Shown piece by piece: positions 9,820 to 19,339 of a stretch of DNA of 64,000 bases (the first letter of the stretch is position 1; each line of letters opens with the position of its first letter). The notes under the pieces are model-generated. The model had not been told where the DNA came from and ran no database searches. It was given only the letters and a program-made list of their open reading frames with translations. The stretch is from Anthoceros angustus (Eukaryota > Plantae > Anthocerotophyta), in contig VJWM01000187.1 in NCBI GenBank assembly GCA_010909165.1, positions 310,001 to 374,000 on the forward strand, written 5' to 3'. The position numbers were made by a program, and so were the translations under genes.

Positions 9820-12800
9820 ATGGCCGCCTCCACCACCGCCAGCCCGCCGGGCTCCTCCATCCTCGACGATGGCGGCAGCGCGCCGCCGTTGCCCGCCGCC
9901 TTGAGCTCGGATCGACAGGATTCCTCGCCCCCGCTGGACCAGATTGTGAGCAACGGCCGTCTGGACGAAGATGAGCCCCAGCCTCGGCCGGAGCCGAAGG
10001 CGGGGCCGGAGCAGCAACAACAGCAGGAGAAGCAGCAGCACAAACTGGAGGAGCAGGCTGAGGCCGAGGCTCTGTTCATGCCGGTGGCCAAGGTGACGCT
10101 GGACGACGACTACCTGGAGGCGGAGGAAGCCAGGGAGGAGTCCGCGGACGAGAATGGGGACGACGCGGAGGGGGAGGACGGGCAGGCGCAGCAGGCCATG
10201 CCCAAGGCCAAGCTCACGCTGGACGAGGAGTCCGCAGAGGAGAACGGGGACGAGGGCCTGCAGTTCGAGGAGGCGGAGGAGGGTGCGGAGGGGTCTGAGG
10301 CTAGTTTCGGGAGCGGGGAGAGCTACGACAGCGCGCTGGAACGGATGGCTGCCTCCTCCTCCACCGCCAGCCCCAAGGGCACCCCGGTTGGGTCGTTTCA
10401 CGACGGGGCTACCTTCAGCTCCGTGGAGCGGGATTCGCCGCCGTCTCTGGAGCTGCCGGCGGGGAACGGCGGGGTTGTGGTCGGGGATGAGGACGGGGAG
10501 GAGGGCCGGCGGAGCGCTCCCGTGGCCAAGCTGACGGTAGATGAGGAGGAGGAGGAGGCGGCCGGGGAGGCGGGGAAGGAGGAGGACGGAGAGGGGAAGG
10601 ATGGGGTAAAGGAGGATCGGGATGGCGGGGAGAATGTGGTGGAGGAGGTGCCTGAGGCCATGCCTGTTGCCAAGCTCACGCCCTTGGACGGGGAGGATGT
10701 TAGGGATGAGCCTGTGCGGGAGGACGGTGGCCAGGGTTTAGCTGGCGGTGGTAAGGGTTTAGGTGGTGAGGGGGAGGGTTTAGGCGGTGGTGCGGGAGAG
10801 GCAGCTCCTGAGAGTGAGGTTGTTGTGAATCTTGCGGCCGCTGCTTCTGCGGCCTGGGAGGAAAGGGAGGATGTGAAGGAGGAGGGGAAGGTGGAGGAAA
10901 AGGAGATGGATAAGCAGGATGTTGTTGCGGAGGAAAGTGAGAAGGTTGTGGAGGCATCGTTGGAGGTGGCCCCTCAGGCTGCTGCTGCAGAGCCGCAGGA
11001 AGGAGTGGTGGAGGATGCCGCCGAGCAGCATGGTTCTTCAGTCGGTGAAGTCCAGGTGGGAGTGCAGGGTTTGGAGGATGGCGGTTCGAAGGATGTTGAA
11101 AGTGCTGCTCCGGAACCCTTGGATGAAGCCGGGACTGCCAGCCCCAAGGATGTGGTTGTGGATGACGCCGGCACCAGCTCTGTTATCGGTCAGGATGTCT
11201 CTTCGTCCCTGGAGTTGCCTGCTGTGGAGGAAGTGCAGAATAAGGGGGTTGATGAGCCGCAAGTGGAGGCCCAGGCCCAGACCGAGGCCGTGGTTGAGCA
11301 CGAGGTGAAGCCTGAGGGTGAGCCCGAGATGAAGCCTGAGGGTGAGCCCGAGGTGAAGCCTGAGGGCGAGCCCAAGGTTAGGCCTGAGGCTGAGCCCGAG
11401 GCTGAGCCCGAGGCTGAGCCTCAGGTAGGCAAAGTGAGTGCGGATAGTCAAACCGCGTTGGAGGCTACTGAGGCTAGGGATGAACCTGTGGAGGAGAAAG
11501 GCGAGGACCATGATGTTGCAGTTGAAGAGGTTGCAGTTCAAGACTCAGCAGCCGTTGTTAACGAAGCAACGGAAGACTCAAAAGCTGCGACAGCTGCGAC
11601 AGATGGAGAGAGGGAGTCGGCAGTCGAGAACGAAGGAGGGGAAGATTCTCCTGTTCAAGGGGAACCGGAGGTGGAGGTAGTAGCTGATACAAAGCCTGAG
11701 GCAGAACTAAAAGGTGAGGTATACCATGCGGTTCCTGAGTTAGACAAGCAGGAGGTTCAGTCTAATGCAAAGCCTGCTTTTTTTGACCATAAGAAGGTTG
11801 CAGACAGGGATGAGATTGTAGAAAGCCAAGCAGGGGGGGATGAGGAGTTTCCTTTTGTGTCAGAAGAGAGTGAGTTTCACGCAGTGCTTGACAGAGAGGA
11901 TGAGGAAGAGGCTGGGGATTGGGATGAAGATATTGACGAGGAGGATGAGGACGAAGATGATATTCTAATGGAGAGGTCTGCGGCTTTGGCCGCTTTGGTG
12001 CATGGTGCAGATTCTTCATCAAGTGCGAGCTTGGATGCTCCGTCTTTGGGTGCAGCTGGACCATCGTTGCCTGCCCGACCGGCAGGTCTGGGGCGTTCAG
12101 TTCCATCTCTGGAGCCTGCTCCTCGCACATCAAATTCCCACCGAGGTAGTGGTGCTGCTGTGTCGGTGCAACCTGCAGGACAAACTGAGGAGGCTCAGGC
12201 TAATGGCGAAGCAAATGATGGGCATGAGGAAACGAGGGAAAAGCTGCAGAGTATACGGGTAAAGTTTCTGCGATTGGCTCACAGGCTAGGTCAATCAGCT
12301 CATAATGTGGTTGTGGCTCAGGTCTTGTACAGACTGGGTTTGGCAGAACAGCTTAGAGGCGGTCGTAGTTCTAGCAGGAATGGAGCATTCAGTTTTGACC
12401 GAGCAAGTGCTATCGCTGAGGAACAGGAAGCAGCCGGCCCCGAGGAGCTCGATTTTACTTGCACCATTATGCTTCTTGGGAAGACTGGTGTTGGTAAAAG
12501 TGCTACCATCAACTCCATTTTTGATGAAGTGAAGACAGGCACCAATGCTTTCAACCCTGCAACCAACAAGGTCCAGGAAATTGTGGGCTCTGTGCATGGA
12601 ATCAAAGTTAGAGTGATTGATACACCAGGCCTGCTGCCTTCTGTGTCCGACCAACGGCACAATGAGAAAGTGATGTCCTCGGTCAAGCGATTCATCAAGA
12701 AAAATTCTCCGGATATAGTGTTGTACTTTGATCGCCTTGATATGCAGAGCAGGGATTATGGGGATCTCCCTTTGTTGCGTACGATCACTGATACTTTTGG

Positions 12801-14340
12801 CCCAGCTGTTTGGTTCAACGCTATAGTGGTGTTGACTCATGCTGCATCTGCACCTCCAGATGGGCCCAATGGCCTTCCACTTAGCTACGAGATGTTTGTT
12901 GCTCAAAGGTCACATGTGGTGCAACATACCATTCGGCAGGCTGCTGGGGACATGCGGCTGATGAATCCTGTCTCACTTGTGGAGAATCATCAAGCTTGCA
13001 GGACGAACCGAACCGGGCAAAGGGTGCTACCAAATGGTCAGATTTGGAAACCGCAATTGCTTCTTCTGTGTTTTGCTTCCAAGATCCTTGCAGAAGCAAA
13101 CTCTCTCCTAAAATTACAGGACAATACACAAGGGCGTCCCTTTGGTACTCGTCAGAGGGTGCCTCCTCTGCCCTTCCTCTTATCGTCCCTGTTGCAGTCT
13201 CGGCAGCAGTTGAAGCTGATGGATGACCAGGGTGGCGATGAGGATGAATCAGATGAGGATCTTGAAGATGAGGAGGAGTCCGATGATGAGTCTGAGTATG
13301 ATCAGCTTCCTCCGTTCAGGCGCCTGTCTAGAGAAGAAGTGATGGATCTAGATGAGCAGCAGAGAAAGGAATACTTTCAGGAGCTAGCAGACAGGGAGAA
13401 ACTGTTCCAGAAAAAGCACTGGAGGGAAGAGCTGAGGAGGAGGAAGGAATTGAAGAAGAGGATGGCAGCGGCATCCAAGGAGCAGCTCGCCGAAGAAGCC
13501 GCTGAAGAAGAGAGTGCCAAAGCAGCGGCTGTGCCTGTTCCTCTTCCTGACATGGTCTTACCTCCGTCCTTTGATTCTGACTCTCCTACACACAGGTACA
13601 GGTATTTGGAGGCACCCAATCAGTGGTTAGTTAGGCCTGTATTGGAGACCCATGGCTGGGACCATGATAGCGGGTACGATGGTTTTAGTGTGGAGAAAGG
13701 TTTTGTTGTGAAGAACAAGATCCCTGCTCAAATTTCTGGTCAAATCACCAAGGACAAGAAAGAAGCCAACCTCACAATGGAATGTGCGGCCTCTTTCAAA
13801 CATGGCGAGGGTAAGGTGACGCTCTCAGGGCTGGATGTCCAAACAATCGGCAAAGACTTGGCTTACACTCTTCGGAGTGAGACGCGGTTCAGCAACTTCA
13901 AGCAGAACAAAACCACTGCGGGAGTGGCATTGACGTTGCTCGGGGATGCCATCGCAGCTGGCTTGAAACTGGAGAACAGACTGCTGGTTGGCAAAAGGCT
14001 GAAAGTCGTTGTCAATGGAGGCGCCTTAACAGGCAGGGGGGACATGGCATATGGAGGCAGTTTGGAGGCAACCCTGAGGGATGGGGATTATCCTTTCAGC
14101 CGAACTCTCTCTACGCTAGGTCTTTCGATCATGAACTGGCATGGGGATCTGGCCATTGGTGGCAATCTGCAGTCGCAGTTTCTGGTGGGAAAGACTATGG
14201 TTAGTGCCCGAGCCAATCTGAACAACAGGGGTGCTGGGCAAATCAGCATCCGAGCAAGCAGTGCAGAGCAGCTTCAGATGGCTTTGATAGGCATCATCCC
14301 CATTTTGCGGTCACTCTGGTCGCACACCCACTCCTCTTGA
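9820..14340 (+). CDS. Toc159-family chloroplast outer-envelope import receptor GTPase (Toc132/120-type), intronless. Likely start is ATG 9820 (MAASTT); an in-frame upstream ATG lies at 9706.
   Basis: A long acidic A-domain is followed by an AIG1-type G-domain (GKTGVGKSATINSIF, IDTPG, IVVLTHA) and an M-domain (HRYRYLE..QWLVRPVLETHGWDHDSGYDG ... GQISIRASSAEQLQMALIG). EETREKLQSIRVKFLRLAHRLGQSAHNVVVAQVLYRLGLAEQL is characteristic of the family. Confidence 0.96.
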   Translation: MAASTTASPPGSSILDDGGSAPPLPAALSSDRQDSSPPLDQIVSNGRLDEDEPQPRPEPKAGPEQQQQQEKQQHKLEEQAEAEALFMPVAKVTLDDDYLEAEEAREESADENGDDAEGEDGQAQQAMPKAKLTLDEESAEENGDEGLQFEEAEEGAEGSEASFGSGESYDSALERMAASSSTASPKGTPVGSFHDGATFSSVERDSPPSLELPAGNGGVVVGDEDGEEGRRSAPVAKLTVDEEEEEAAGEAGKEEDGEGKDGVKEDRDGGENVVEEVPEAMPVAKLTPLDGEDVRDEPVREDGGQGLAGGGKGLGGEGEGLGGGAGEAAPESEVVVNLAAAASAAWEEREDVKEEGKVEEKEMDKQDVVAEESEKVVEASLEVAPQAAAAEPQEGVVEDAAEQHGSSVGEVQVGVQGLEDGGSKDVESAAPEPLDEAGTASPKDVVVDDAGTSSVIGQDVSSSLELPAVEEVQNKGVDEPQVEAQAQTEAVVEHEVKPEGEPEMKPEGEPEVKPEGEPKVRPEAEPEAEPEAEPQVGKVSADSQTALEATEARDEPVEEKGEDHDVAVEEVAVQDSAAVVNEATEDSKAATAATDGERESAVENEGGEDSPVQGEPEVEVVADTKPEAELKGEVYHAVPELDKQEVQSNAKPAFFDHKKVADRDEIVESQAGGDEEFPFVSEESEFHAVLDREDEEEAGDWDEDIDEEDEDEDDILMERSAALAALVHGADSSSSASLDAPSLGAAGPSLPARPAGLGRSVPSLEPAPRTSNSHRGSGAAVSVQPAGQTEEAQANGEANDGHEETREKLQSIRVKFLRLAHRLGQSAHNVVVAQVLYRLGLAEQLRGGRSSSRNGAFSFDRASAIAEEQEAAGPEELDFTCTIMLLGKTGVGKSATINSIFDEVKTGTNAFNPATNKVQEIVGSVHGIKVRVIDTPGLLPSVSDQRHNEKVMSSVKRFIKKNSPDIVLYFDRLDMQSRDYGDLPLLRTITDTFGPAVWFNAIVVLTHAASAPPDGPNGLPLSYEMFVAQRSHVVQHTIRQAAGDMRLMNPVSLVENHQACRTNRTGQRVLPNGQIWKPQLLLLCFASKILAEANSLLKLQDNTQGRPFGTRQRVPPLPFLLSSLLQSRQQLKLMDDQGGDEDESDEDLEDEEESDDESEYDQLPPFRRLSREEVMDLDEQQRKEYFQELADREKLFQKKHWREELRRRKELKKRMAAASKEQLAEEAAEEESAKAAAVPVPLPDMVLPPSFDSDSPTHRYRYLEAPNQWLVRPVLETHGWDHDSGYDGFSVEKGFVVKNKIPAQISGQITKDKKEANLTMECAASFKHGEGKVTLSGLDVQTIGKDLAYTLRSETRFSNFKQNKTTAGVALTLLGDAIAAGLKLENRLLVGKRLKVVVNGGALTGRGDMAYGGSLEATLRDGDYPFSRTLSTLGLSIMNWHGDLAIGGNLQSQFLVGKTMVSARANLNNRGAGQISIRASSAEQLQMALIGIIPILRSLWSHTHSS

Positions 14341-15722
14341 AGCTGCCTCGAGTTCTGCTTATCCTGTTTTGCCTTCATGTATGAGGAGATAGCTGGTCCC
14401 GGCACAACCGAATGGTGAGTTCTCTGGTGCCGTCCCGTGCCTTGAGCGAGAGCAAAACTGAGTAGCTCTGGCCTACGTTATTCGTAATTGCATGCTGCGT
14501 TGGAAATTGTCCGAGTCTTGTAATTTCCAAGTCGCTATTGCGACATGCATTTTTGGTGCCTATCGCTTGTCTATCAAGAAGTCTTATCCATACTGAAGTG
14601 ATCAGGACCTCCTTTAGTCCTTTCTTGGCCTCTTCCTGATCTCTTTTCTATCCGGTCAGATGCTTCTCCACGCCATCCGGGTCGGTGGAGCGCGCGTCTC
14701 GGGCAGGCAAACTTGTGCCTGCGCCTTGTGGCGCCCAAAATGCTTTCGCTCTCACGTGCGTCTGCGTCTTCCACCAGCCCACAAGTTAGATCCCCGTTTT
14801 ATTCACCCTTTTCTGACCTTATCCGGCTCCGTATTACCTCGGGGAGCGGGCTGCGCCTACCGGGCCTGCCGAGACTCCTGTTCGCGCCTTCCGTTTCTTC
14901 AGTCTCCACACTGTCAGACGTGCAAATTCAGATCCCGTGACTGGCGTTGCAGCGCAAAGCTCACATTGCCATCCTCAGTGGCACGCCGGTTGTGGACTCA
15001 GGTGAGGCAGCTCAATTCTGTCACGCTCATGAGCTCTCGGGCCTCCTGCATGGCTGGTGGCCAGAATTCGTATCCTCCGGCTCTTGCTGCGTCTTGCGCC
15101 ACTGGTAAGCAGCTTCGCTGTCGTTCTTGGAATTATGAGTTTTTTCGGTTTGAAAGACATGTTCCAGATCAGCAGAACATGGTTTCTACACCTCCAGATG
15201 GTTCCATGTCCTGTCCTGGCTCACATGCTTTCTTTCTTTTGCTTCCTTTGGCTTGGCAGCCACGCTACTGGTGCAGCCAGTCAGCATTGCGGTGTCGCTC
15301 GCTGCAGCTGCGCTTGATCGTCAGTCGACCAACCTGGAGAGTGGAGAACTTTGAAGGTGCTCCAAGAACGGAAAACTTTTTACGCACTATTTGAGGTACT
15401 AGAGCACGAGTAAGCGTTCTTGGCTTGGGAGTGAGTTTCGGAGCTCTGCATGTCTGGAAATTTCCGTCCAAGTTGCGTCGCTTCCCTTTTTCGGTTTCTC
15501 GGATAAATTTTGACTCATTCATCTGGATCCGTCTCTGTCTTTTGTTTCACAGGGGGCTTAATCTGTTGCATTGCCACTTGCGCAGCCATCTTGTTTTGCC
15601 TAGAGCATCAAGCTGATAGAGCACATGAGGTTGATGAATTCTAGAAGCATGTAGTGTAGTCACCGAACACAATCCTTCACAGAGTCCTCCCTGTTCGCTC
15701 GTTCTTATATTGTACAATAAGT

Positions 15723-15950
15723 ATGGAGTTTATTTACATCCTTGGTTCATGGTTTGTTCATGTTGTACACTAGGAATGGAGTTCATTCATATCCTTGGTT
15801 CCTGGTTTGTTAATGTTGGAAACTGAGAATGAGTTCATTTACATCCTTGGTTCATGGTTTGTTCATGTTGTACACTAAGAATGGAGTTCGTTAACATCCT
15901 TGGTTCATGGTTTGTTAATGTTGTTCATTTACATCCTGGGTTCATGGTTC
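15723..15950. repeat. Tandem repeat, ~53-bp unit x ~4 (ATGGAGTTCATTTACATCCTTGGTTCATGGTTTGTTCATGTTGTACACTAGGA)
   Basis: Units start near 15723, 15776, 15829 and 15881, followed by a partial copy. It probably lies in a 5'UTR intron (candidate acceptor GTGTGCAG at 16067). Confidence 0.9.
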
Positions 15951-16075
15951 TTTTCAGCTGCTGAAGTTCTGTTGTCCAGCAGTGTCTATGTATGTGTCGG
16001 TGTAGTCGAAAACAATGTTGCTTGTGCTTGGGACTTGCTGCCAAAGATTTTGTGAGCACGTGTGCAGGTTGAGTC

Positions 16076-18217
16076 ATGGGTCCCAACAGTCTGGCGATCT
16101 TGGGGGGGAGGCCAAGTTTTGCTTTCCTACCAGTTCCTGCTGCAACTACTATGTCAATAGCAGCACGGTCAAATCTTGTGGTGGCACCCTGTGCCAGGTT
16201 TGTGAACGATTCTGTTGCTGTCCGTGGCACTGGTCGCTTGTGTTTGTGCAAATACTAGAGTTCAGCCTGTCAATTTTGTCCTCGTTCCTTTTCTGTAGAC
16301 TTTGGATCCACGAAAATGGACGTGGAGTTTCAATGAGGACCTTGCGAAACCGTCGCTCCACATCCTGCTGTGCTGTGACCAGTGATGGCCACCTTGTTAG
16401 TATTTCCTCAGAAAATGTACGGTTTCTCATCAATCCTCCCCCTGACTGCCGCGTTGTACTTGTATAGCACTGTTCATTTTTCTCTTCTGGGAAGCAGGTA
16501 CTGTGGCTAGCAAGAGAGCATTTCAGACAGGAAGTTTCTGTGTCAGATGAAGACATCTCTCTTGCAGAGGTAAGTCTTTGCCGATTCACCTATTGCCTGC
16601 CTTGCTCTGGACAGGCGGAGGGATGCACAAGGAACTTTTCTTGCAATATCTTTCTAGCGGTGTAAAACTAGTCAAAGATCGGTGAGCTCCCATGAGTAAT
16701 CATCTTGTTCATACTGCAGGTGGCATTGCTGATTGCAGCTGAAGACGAAGCATTTCTGTCTGCAGACAAGGAGAAAGATGTCATTGCTGTACAAAACGAG
16801 GGACGGACTCCACATGTCGCTCCTCCCCAGAAAGCAGTTGGGCATGGTGTTGGGGTGCTTCCGCTAGGTGGTGTGACCATTTCTGAATGGTTGGCCAAGA
16901 TCAATCATCTATCGAGCCAAGCCAAGGCCCATCTTTGCAGTGATGGCAGTGAGCATAGTTCTGTGGACATTTTGAAAGCAGTTCATGCTGCTATCTTCAA
17001 GGTGCATGGTTTCACCAGGAGGACATACTTGTCCACCGATGTGAGAAGCTCTTACCTTCACCTTGTGATGGATCATGGTTCTGGCACTGGTATGTTGCTC
17101 ATTAACTTCTGAATCGTGATTCCTAGCAAAAAGCTTTCAACTTGCTCTCATTCCAATCGTGTGGCAGCTGTGATGTTGAGCATTTTGTTCATCGAAGTAT
17201 GCAAGAAATTGGGCTTGAGAATGCAAGGGACAGCGCTTGGTGAGAAATTTGTGATGTGGGCAACTGTGGCAGGCGAACAGGTATGTTTAGTTTCCATTCT
17301 AATTTGACATTCTCCAAAATTTAGATTGTGACCGGTCGACATGGACTCTCAGACGACACTGTTTGGGTTTAATCAGATGAGATTTGAGCCTTGGGAAGGA
17401 TTGAAGTGCTTGTTTTCAGAGAATGATCCCAAGGTGCCTCAGTCACGACGGTCTGTGGTCAAGCCCAACCTGAGTTGTGAGAAAATTTTGGAGCCTGCAT
17501 CAAATCGAGACATCCTAGGGATTGCCTTGCAAAATCTAAAGGTGATTGTCTAATCTGCAGTCCCGGGACATTATTAGGTGCTTGTAGGATGCGTCCTGAT
17601 ACCGGCTTTGCTGTTGCAGAGAATACATTGGAAGCAGGCAACAAGGGCTTGCCCTGGACTCTCCATAGACTCACCACTGCACCCTATGGTTTCGATGCGG
17701 AGTCGACCCGCAAATGTTATGTACACTAATGAGCAGTTACTGCGTCCTCGAGAACTGCGGTACTGCTTTCTTGAAAATTCGCGTCAAATCTCCCTTCTAG
17801 GTGACCGGATATTGTGGGTAATTTTGACCTGCGTGTCCCTCTTCCCACCTGCAGACTGGCTTTGGCCGCGTCCGAACGTCTTTTGATTCTTCACCCCCGA
17901 AACTGGATCTTGCGAAAGGACCACGGCTTACTTCTTTACCACTGCAGGTGGGGAAACGCAGGCTGAGTTGCGTGAATTGCAAAGGGGAAAGTGGGCTGGT
18001 TGGCCGTAAGGTACTCACTCGATTGACTCTTCACTCGATTGACTCTTTTTGTAGGCGGTTTGGAGAGGCCGTGCAGGAACTCAGTATATGTATGGCCTTC
18101 GCTCCAACGGAAGAAATGGAGCTTCTTGGGCCGTTTGTGGAGAAATTGCATCTCATGCGTTTGGAAGCGACATGGAGCTTGTGGAACCCTCTCAACAATC
18201 CTCCCGCTATTGCGTAG
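16076..18217 (+). CDS. SirB1 / Transglut_core2 (transglutaminase-like) protein, At4g19160-like, with a probable plastid transit peptide; 9 exons, 444 aa
   Basis: Exons 16076-16197, 16299-16395, 16498-16569, 16720-17089, 17168-17280, 17377-17541, 17620-17759, 17855-17947 and 18055-18217 are all GT-AG, phase-consistent and total 1335 nt. Motifs include DISLAEVALLIAAEDEAF, ASNRDILGIALQNL, LRPRELRLALAASERLLIL and FGEAVQELSICMAFAP. The N-terminal exons are less certain. Confidence 0.88.
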
Positions 18218-18576
18218 GGAGTCTACAATTATTTGTAGCAAGTAGCCATCACCTATTCATGTAGTGCATTTTACCGGGACCTAGTGAGCATGCGAAGGCA
18301 AACACATCGACATACTCCCTAAGCACACCACGAAACTCCTCTTTCTCCGCTTGTCCCCGATACCTAGAAATCTTGACTACCTTGCTAGGTTCTAACTCTA
18401 AGTCTTCAGGCCGGGGCTTAGCTTCCTCCGGCTGCACCGTGCCTTTCAGCCCTCCTCAGGAAAATCACGATCATAGGCCTTACCTCTCCAAAAGGCTACT
18501 CCCTCTCTATGTGCCTCATCTTCTGACTCTTCTGCGGCATCCTCTACATGTAAGCAGGAATACACCAAATCACTCT

Positions 18577-19335
18577 TTATTTCGGTGACCTTGGTGAAGG
18601 TCCCCTTGCTCGATCACTACAGGAGCTTACCCGTGCTACAGGGTGTACCCATCGGTGGGTCACGGACTCCCCCTCATAAGGAGCCTTGCTCCATGACACA
18701 AAAGCGACTTCAGCAGGTCCTATCCTACTGGACTTAAACGTGATGCCACTACGACCGAAATCAAAGACACATGCAGTACCATACAACCAAGGTCTGCCTA
18801 TCAAAACCTTGTAGCCTAAATCCGATACTGGCCGCATAACAATGTAAGTAAGGTGGAAGGTGAGACCCCCAATCACAGTTGGTACGTTCTTCAACACTCC
18901 CAATGGCTTCCTCCTTGTTTGGTCGGTCATTCGCAAAAATACTCGGGCTGGGTGAAACTCAGTGAACCCAAGTTGATGAGCTGTCTCCTCCGTCATCAAG
19001 TTGACTCCCGATCCCGAATCTAATGGCACATTGGGCACCAAGCATCCTGCAATTTCAACCTCAATCTCGGGTGCCCCCAAATCAACAAGTTCGACCACGT
19101 TTACTTCCACCGGCCGTTTCCTCGCCCCCACTGCCTCAGGGATTCCCCTGATCGCTTCCTTCACAATTTTGCGGGATCTCGGACTCACCGCAAGCAGCTG
19201 CCTCAAGCTGACCACAAATTCGCGGTCAAGCAATGCGTCATCGAAACTAGAGATCTTTTTTGGCAAGGTTTCCTCCCCGTTTGCAGCCCTGACGCTGGTC
19301 GACTCCGACCTTATTGATAAATCTCCCGAATCCAT
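18577..19335 (-). CDS. Retrotransposon aspartic protease region of element A
   Basis: PEIEVEIAGCLVPNVPLDSGSGVNLM (D-S-G active site) ... YKVLIGRPWL. It is homologous to 56127-55561. Confidence 0.9.
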   Translation of the reverse strand: MDSGDLSIRSESTSVRAANGEETLPKKISSFDDALLDREFVVSLRQLLAVSPRSRKIVKEAIRGIPEAVGARKRPVEVNVVELVDLGAPEIEVEIAGCLVPNVPLDSGSGVNLMTEETAHQLGFTEFHPARVFLRMTDQTRRKPLGVLKNVPTVIGGLTFHLTYIVMRPVSDLGYKVLIGRPWLYGTACVFDFGRSGITFKSSRIGPAEVAFVSWSKAPYEGESVTHRWVHPVARVSSCSDRARGPSPRSPK

Positions 19336-19339
19336 GGTC

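Noticed and set aside
9549-10401. Antisense ORFs over the Toc159-family A-domain
   Set aside because: Same shadow effect of GC-rich acidic codons.
14660-15394. 244-aa plus-strand ORF between the Toc and SirB1-like genes
   Set aside because: No recognisable domain and an R/S/C/P-rich composition. It is more likely promoter or 5'UTR sequence, because the SirB1-like model is complete from ATG 16076.
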